Positions 59,704 through 64,000 of a stretch of 64,000 nt of DNA are shown here, in pieces. Location of the stretch: NCBI GenBank assembly GCA_022820675.1, contig JAJEFC010000346.1, positions 3,387 to 67,386 on the forward strand, in the 5' to 3' direction. Both the position numbers and the translations under genes were made by a program. The notes under the pieces are model-generated. The model searched no databases and was not told the origin of the DNA. It saw only the letters and a list, made by a program, of their open reading frames with translations. Each line of letters begins with the position of its first letter. Within the stretch, counting starts at the first letter, position 1. Source of the stretch: Vicinamibacteria bacterium (GTDB taxonomy: Bacteria > Acidobacteriota > Vicinamibacteria > Vicinamibacterales > UBA8438).

Positions 59704-61394
59704 GCTCCGGCGAGTGCCGAGGCCTTGTTCAGGATACTCGACAGCGCAGCCGGCACCGGGGTCGCTCCGGTCGTCATCCGGGCGGCGGCTTCGGCGGCGA
59801 TCTCCGGCTTGCTGTAGCTCTTCGGTAGAGCGTTCAGGACTTCGGCCCAGTAGGCCGCGGTGTATCTCGCCGATGTCGGTGGCGGCTTCTGTCGGGACAT
59901 GCGCGACTCGTAGAGATCCCCGAATCCGCCTTCACAGAGCATCTGCTCGACGTTCGCGTAAGGCATGGTCAGTCGATCCGCCGGGGGTGCGCCGGCGAAC
60001 TGGTTCTTCACGCGTTGCTCGTACTTGCGGCGCCCGCTGTCGTTGTCGAGCACGCAGTACCAGACGATGCCGAGGCTGTTGGCGACCTTGGCCAACATGC
60101 CCAGGTCGGTCTGGCTGAACTCGACGCAACGCACGCCCGCGCGCTCGATGTCGAGATCGAGCGCTTCCGCGGCACCGGTCAACAGCGTCGTCTCGGTTTC
60201 ACCCTCGACGAGCAGCCAGCACTTGGCGAACAACAGCTCGCCGCGGGTGCGGCGGACATGCGAGTCGAATTTCCGTGCTTCTTCCGGCGTCAGCGTCCCC
60301 GGTTCTATCCGATGCACGTGAATGCCACCGCCGGCATGCGCGAACCGGCGCATGGCCGACGACGGCACGCTGGCGAGGAGGTCGCCGCTATGGGTCGACA
60401 GCAGCTTCTGGCCCGGCAGATCGCTGACGATGCCCATCAGCGAGCGGATAGCTGACGGGTGCAGGTGCGCTTCCGGCTCTTCGAGCGCCGTGATCGGTGC
60501 CGCATCAGGATCCAGGTCGGAGAGCCTGCTGCGGAGGAAAGCCCCGAACAGCAGAAGCACGGCCAGACTCTGAGTCCCCTCGCCCTGGAACTCGACGGGG
60601 ATTCGGGCACCCGAACGCGATGCGAGGCTCACCTGGGCTCGGGACAGCAACGAGAAGAGCTTGGTTGGCAGCGCGTCGATGGACACGGTCTCGTTGGCGC
60701 CGAACTCGATTACCTTGCGGGCGTCCTCGAGGCGCGTGCGGACGTCGAGTAGTGGTTGATGCGCCGTGATGAGTTGCTCGTTCAACCTCGCGAGCGCCGT
60801 CTTCAAGTCCTCTCTGGCATCCTCGGGAAGTCCACTCTCGGCGAGGAACGTGCGCCAGAAACGGCCCTTGGCCGCGAAGTGCCTGGATGCGTCCCGAAGG
60901 GCTGAGAGGTAGAACGGCGGCGCCAACCTCTGGAGCGTATTGAGTTGACTCGGCGCCTTGCCGGCCGGCAGCGGATTGCCGTCGGCGTCGAGGAAATCCC
61001 AGTCGGTCACGAACTCGCCGGTGTCCTGGTCGAAGGACGAGGCGACGCGGAACGTGATCCGACGCTGGTCGTCGGCGTCGAGGGCGAACAGATCCGCCAC
61101 GGCCTGGACGACCTCGTCGCTCCACGGCTCCGACTCCGCTTCGACGAACGACAGCTCGATTTCAATGGGGGCGGCGTCCACGGGCGTCGAGGCATCGTCG
61201 GGAAGGTGATAGTCGTACTCGTCGAACGGACCCCGGCCACGGCCACGCAGTCGTTCGAGGCAGATGCGGACGGCCTCGAGAAAAGCGGTCTTGCCCGAGT
61301 TGTTCTCCCCGATCAGAACCGTAGTTTCGTCGAGGTCGACGGTGAGGTCCCTGATGCAGCGGAAGTTGCGGATCTTGACGGTGGTCAGCCTCAT
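59700..61394 (-). CDS. gajA: OLD-family ATPase-TOPRIM nuclease, Gabija GajA
   Basis: MRLTTVKIRNFRCIRDLTVDLDETTVLIGENNSGKTAFLEA (ABC ATPase N-terminus), LEEPEAHLHP (Walker B/D-loop) and the C-terminal TOPRIM LLVEGETE ... VLDNDSG are present. The 564-aa size fits GajA. Confidence 0.85.
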   Translation of the reverse strand: MRLTTVKIRNFRCIRDLTVDLDETTVLIGENNSGKTAFLEAVRICLERLRGRGRGPFDEYDYHLPDDASTPVDAAPIEIELSFVEAESEPWSDEVVQAVADLFALDADDQRRITFRVASSFDQDTGEFVTDWDFLDADGNPLPAGKAPSQLNTLQRLAPPFYLSALRDASRHFAAKGRFWRTFLAESGLPEDAREDLKTALARLNEQLITAHQPLLDVRTRLEDARKVIEFGANETVSIDALPTKLFSLLSRAQVSLASRSGARIPVEFQGEGTQSLAVLLLFGAFLRSRLSDLDPDAAPITALEEPEAHLHPSAIRSLMGIVSDLPGQKLLSTHSGDLLASVPSSAMRRFAHAGGGIHVHRIEPGTLTPEEARKFDSHVRRTRGELLFAKCWLLVEGETETTLLTGAAEALDLDIERAGVRCVEFSQTDLGMLAKVANSLGIVWYCVLDNDSGRRKYEQRVKNQFAGAPPADRLTMPYANVEQMLCEGGFGDLYESRMSRQKPPPTSARYTAAYWAEVLNALPKSYSKPEIAAEAAARMTTGATPVPAALSSILNKASALAGA

Positions 61395-61498
61395 CCGGTC
61401 ACTCCGTCGGGCCGCGTCCTTCGCTGCGGCGGCTCGTGTCCTTCGCGATGAGGCGTCGCGCGTTCGGTCTCCATGGTCAAGACGTGGGTTGCGCCCAT
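61391..61498 (-). CDS. possible 35-codon upstream ORF translationally coupled to gajA
   Basis: ATG at 61498, 6 nt after AGGAGG (61505-61510 on the + strand). Its TGA overlaps the gajA ATG (ATGA at 61391-61394). The product MGATHVLTMETERATPHREGHEPPQRRTRPDGVTG has no recognisable family. Confidence 0.25.
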   Translation of the reverse strand: MGATHVLTMETERATPHREGHEPPQRRTRPDGVTG

Positions 61499-61562
61499 GT
61501 TCGACCTCCTCTCGGGTGGGCTCGGGCTCGGCGGCGAACCGGTTCGGCTGCCGCCGGAATCA

Positions 61563-64000
61563 CTATTGTGCACTTCCTGGACTCTCCTCCGCCGCCGCGT
61601 GCACCGACGACGCCGGGATGGAGTGGGCCGACAGCTCCCGGGTCCTCACGAGCAGCTTCCCGAACGGGTCGCGGACCCGCGCGAGCCACGGCCGGGGCGT
61701 GGCGCAGTCGTAGACGGCGTAGAGCCAGTAGCCGTCGCGGAGGTTACACGCCTTGGCCCATTCGTTGTCTGACAGCTCGACGTCGCCGGCGCGGGCCCGG
61801 CCCTTGACCTCGATGGCGCGGCGGCGGCCGGCCGGGGTGACGGACAGCAGGTCGAAGCCCGGCCAGTCTCCCAACCCGGCACGGCGCGCGAGATCGGGAC
61901 GCGACACGTCGTGGACGGTGGCGCCGGACGCCTCTTCGTGCGCCTGCGCGACCCGCATGGCGATTTCCTCGACCCGGGCGTCGTGGCGCCGCCGCTCCTG
62001 CGCGTCGGCCGTCGGGAGGACAAGGGCGTGGGCGACGATCTGCGAGTCTCCTGCGGCGATGAGGCTCGGCTCCATCTGCACCCTGCGCAGGCGATGGTCC
62101 CTGTCGGCGGCGAGACGGCGCTGCTCGTCCTTGACCCTGGCGAGCTCGGCGCTTGCCCGAGCGTCGCCCGCGCGGGCCTTGCGGCCGACGTGCTGGCGCC
62201 TCGCAATCAACTCGGCGGTCCTGTGGTCGCAGCCGCGGGCCGTCCAATCGAGCCGTTCGGGTACCGACTGCTCGATACGTGCGCGGTGCTCGTCGACCAA
62301 GCGGGCGAGGGCATCGTTCTCGATCCAGTCGCGGGCGGCGTCGGTCAGCCGCCGCGCCGTGCGGGCGAGCGGCACGCTGCCCGGCGCGACGTCGGGAGCG
62401 CCGCGCAGCAGGAGCAGGTGTTCCAGCGGACAGGGCTCGACGGCGCCGTCTTCGTCCTGGCGGAGTCCGATCAGTCGGCTCTCGACGATCTCGGAACGAG
62501 GCTCTTCCCGCGCGGGGGCGCGGCCCGCGCCATGGTCGGAGCCGTGGCCGGCGCCGTGAGCCGCCGTGGCCGGCGGCTTGCGGACCACGGTCACCCGGGC
62601 GAGGTGGAAGAGATACGGCGCGGTCGCGTGCGGGTCGACGAAGAAGGCGCCGCGCCGCGCCTCGTCCTCGTGCCTCGACAGCAGTGTGGCGCAGAAGCGG
62701 TCGAACACCGGCTCGCCGGGGTGCAGCCAGATGACGTCGGCTCGGTTCGCGGGGCGGTAGACCGTGAACCGGCCGTGGGCACGGGCCGGATGGAGCTCCA
62801 TGGCGGCGAGCACCGGATCGAGGCCGCGCCGGCGCGCCTGGCCGAGCTCGAAGACACCGTCCGGGTCGCCGTCGACGCGAAGATCGATCAGTGGCGCCGC
62901 ACCGGTCACGAACCGCCGGACGTAGCCGGGCAGCAGTCGGCGGTACCGTTCCCGATCGATGGCGGCCTGCAACGCGGGCAGGCTGCTCCTGACGTCGCCA
63001 CCTCCGAACAACGTCCGTTCCCGTTCGTGGAGCGCGCGCACCTGCTCGGCCGTCAGCAGGCCGCCGATGCCGTCGACGGCGGACCTGGCGCCCTCCTCCG
63101 TCGCCGCCTGCTCCAGGTAGTCCTTGAGCGAGACGTTCTCGAACAGGCGGCCCACGACGTCGAAGACCTTGTCCGACCGGAGCTCCGCGCGGATAGCCTC
63201 CAGCTTGTCGAGCAGCGTCTTCAGCACCCGCCCCTCGCGCGTCTCGCCCGCCACGAGGTTGACGATGACGACGGGGTCGTGCCGCTGCCCGTAGCGGTGG
63301 ATGCGGCCCATGCGCTGTTCGAGCCGCGCCGGGTTCCAGGGCACGTCGTAGTTCACCATCAGCCAGCAGAACTGGAGGTTGATGCCCTCGCCCGCGGCGT
63401 CGGTCGCGACCAGGTAGCTGGCCCCGCCCTCGTCGAGCGGGCGCCGGAACAGGTCGACCTGCGCCTCGCGCTCGCGGTAGTCGAGGCCGCCGTGGATCGA
63501 CGCCACCTGTCCGGTGAAGCCCAGCCCCTCGAGGCGTCGGACCAGGAACTCGGCGGTGTCGCGGTGCTCGGTGAAGACGATGAACTTCTCCCTGGCGAAG
63601 GCGGAGCCGCGCAGCACTTCGCGGAGCTTCTCGAACTTGGAGTCCTCGCCCTCGTCGGCGAGGCGCCCCGCCTGGGCGAGAAGCGCCTCGACCTCGCGAC
63701 GCTCTTCCCGGAGCTGCGCCAGGGCCGGCGCGACGATGCCGCCCAGCGCGCGGTCCTCGAACGCCTCGTGACCCTCGCCTCCACCCGCCTCGTCGGCGTC
63801 CTCGTCCGCCGTCCGTGTCTCGAAGAAGTCCGGAGTCGAGGCCAGACGATGCTGGCCGCGCTCCAGCTCGTCCGCCCGCCCGGCGCGCACCAGGTCGATC
63901 GCCTCGTCGAGCCGACCGAGCCGACGCTCGAACGATCGCATCAGCGCATACGTCGAGCTCGCCTGCCGGCGCTGGAAGACGCTCATCGCGAGCCGTGCGG
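61563..64000 (-). CDS. SNF2-family helicase (C-terminal helicase lobe) with long linker and C-terminal DUF3883-like nuclease-fold domain; 5' end outside window; helicase component of Hma-like system
   Basis: Helicase C-lobe motifs are present: FIVFTEHRDT, ATDAAGEGINLQ and NPARLEQRMGRIHRYGQ. The C-terminal GFDLLSV ... IEVKGRA ... ELSDNEWAKA ... YWLYAVYD is as I remember for DUF3883. The ORF is still open at 64000. Confidence 0.85.
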   Translation of the reverse strand, partial: ARLAMSVFQRRQASSTYALMRSFERRLGRLDEAIDLVRAGRADELERGQHRLASTPDFFETRTADEDADEAGGGEGHEAFEDRALGGIVAPALAQLREERREVEALLAQAGRLADEGEDSKFEKLREVLRGSAFAREKFIVFTEHRDTAEFLVRRLEGLGFTGQVASIHGGLDYREREAQVDLFRRPLDEGGASYLVATDAAGEGINLQFCWLMVNYDVPWNPARLEQRMGRIHRYGQRHDPVVIVNLVAGETREGRVLKTLLDKLEAIRAELRSDKVFDVVGRLFENVSLKDYLEQAATEEGARSAVDGIGGLLTAEQVRALHERERTLFGGGDVRSSLPALQAAIDRERYRRLLPGYVRRFVTGAAPLIDLRVDGDPDGVFELGQARRRGLDPVLAAMELHPARAHGRFTVYRPANRADVIWLHPGEPVFDRFCATLLSRHEDEARRGAFFVDPHATAPYLFHLARVTVVRKPPATAAHGAGHGSDHGAGRAPAREEPRSEIVESRLIGLRQDEDGAVEPCPLEHLLLLRGAPDVAPGSVPLARTARRLTDAARDWIENDALARLVDEHRARIEQSVPERLDWTARGCDHRTAELIARRQHVGRKARAGDARASAELARVKDEQRRLAADRDHRLRRVQMEPSLIAAGDSQIVAHALVLPTADAQERRRHDARVEEIAMRVAQAHEEASGATVHDVSRPDLARRAGLGDWPGFDLLSVTPAGRRRAIEVKGRARAGDVELSDNEWAKACNLRDGYWLYAVYDCATPRPWLARVRDPFGKLLVRTRELSAHSIPASSVHAAAEESPGSAQ

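Noticed and set aside
46024-64000. Classification of the island as BREX, DISARM or a type I restriction-modification system
   Set aside because: There is no PglZ/alkaline phosphatase, no Lon-like BrxL, no PLD or DUF1998 proteins, and no HsdS/HsdR-like genes in the window. The DUF499 + DUF1156 + SNF2/DUF3883 combination points to the Hma-like triad. The unseen region beyond 64000 could still change this.

Overview
The window is 64 kb of high-GC bacterial DNA. By eye it is about two-thirds to 70% G+C. I saw no rRNA, tRNA, CRISPR array, integrase or transposase. Many long ORFs in the track are antisense or out-of-frame shadows of real genes, as expected at this GC content, and I did not call them.

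Positions 1-45.8 kb look like ordinary chromosome, dominated by secreted and periplasmic enzymes:
- a tandem CMD-domain protein, an MBL hydrolase and a Tat-signal PrpD/MmgE protein
- two PQQ dehydrogenases flanking a signal-peptide HpcH-type aldolase
- an ankyrin protein and a DUF1552/DUF1592-type pair
- an M28-PDZ peptidase and twin PQQ-like beta-propeller proteins
- HupE/UreJ, DUF2891, acs, hflX, a TolB-like/metallohydrolase fusion and an amidohydrolase
- a DUF5916-like barrel protein, a GMC oxidoreductase and PhzF

Several small toxin-antitoxin modules are scattered through this part: a VapB with a VapC remnant, a ParE-type pair, a VapBC pair and an orphan HicB-like gene. This gene mix suggests a Gemmatimonadota/Acidobacteriota-like organism, which is inference only.

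Positions 46.0-64.0 kb form a single-strand, tightly packed defence island running off the right edge. Its core is a SNF2 helicase with a DUF3883-like tail, a DUF1156 DPPY methyltransferase and a DUF499 ATPase. As far as I recall, this triad is catalogued as Hma (helicase-methylase-ATPase). Lower-GC cargo interrupts the core in three places:
1. A Gabija pair (GajA/GajB).
2. A cassette of a deoxyribosyltransferase/TIR-like protein, a zeta-toxin-like P-loop protein and an AbiJ-like HEPN protein.
3. An RHH protein, an ABC-type ATPase and a small TOPRIM-like protein.

Cargo blocks 2 and 3 are my best candidates for undescribed or poorly described defence modules. A set of four 23-24 bp periodic direct repeats marks the left border of the island.
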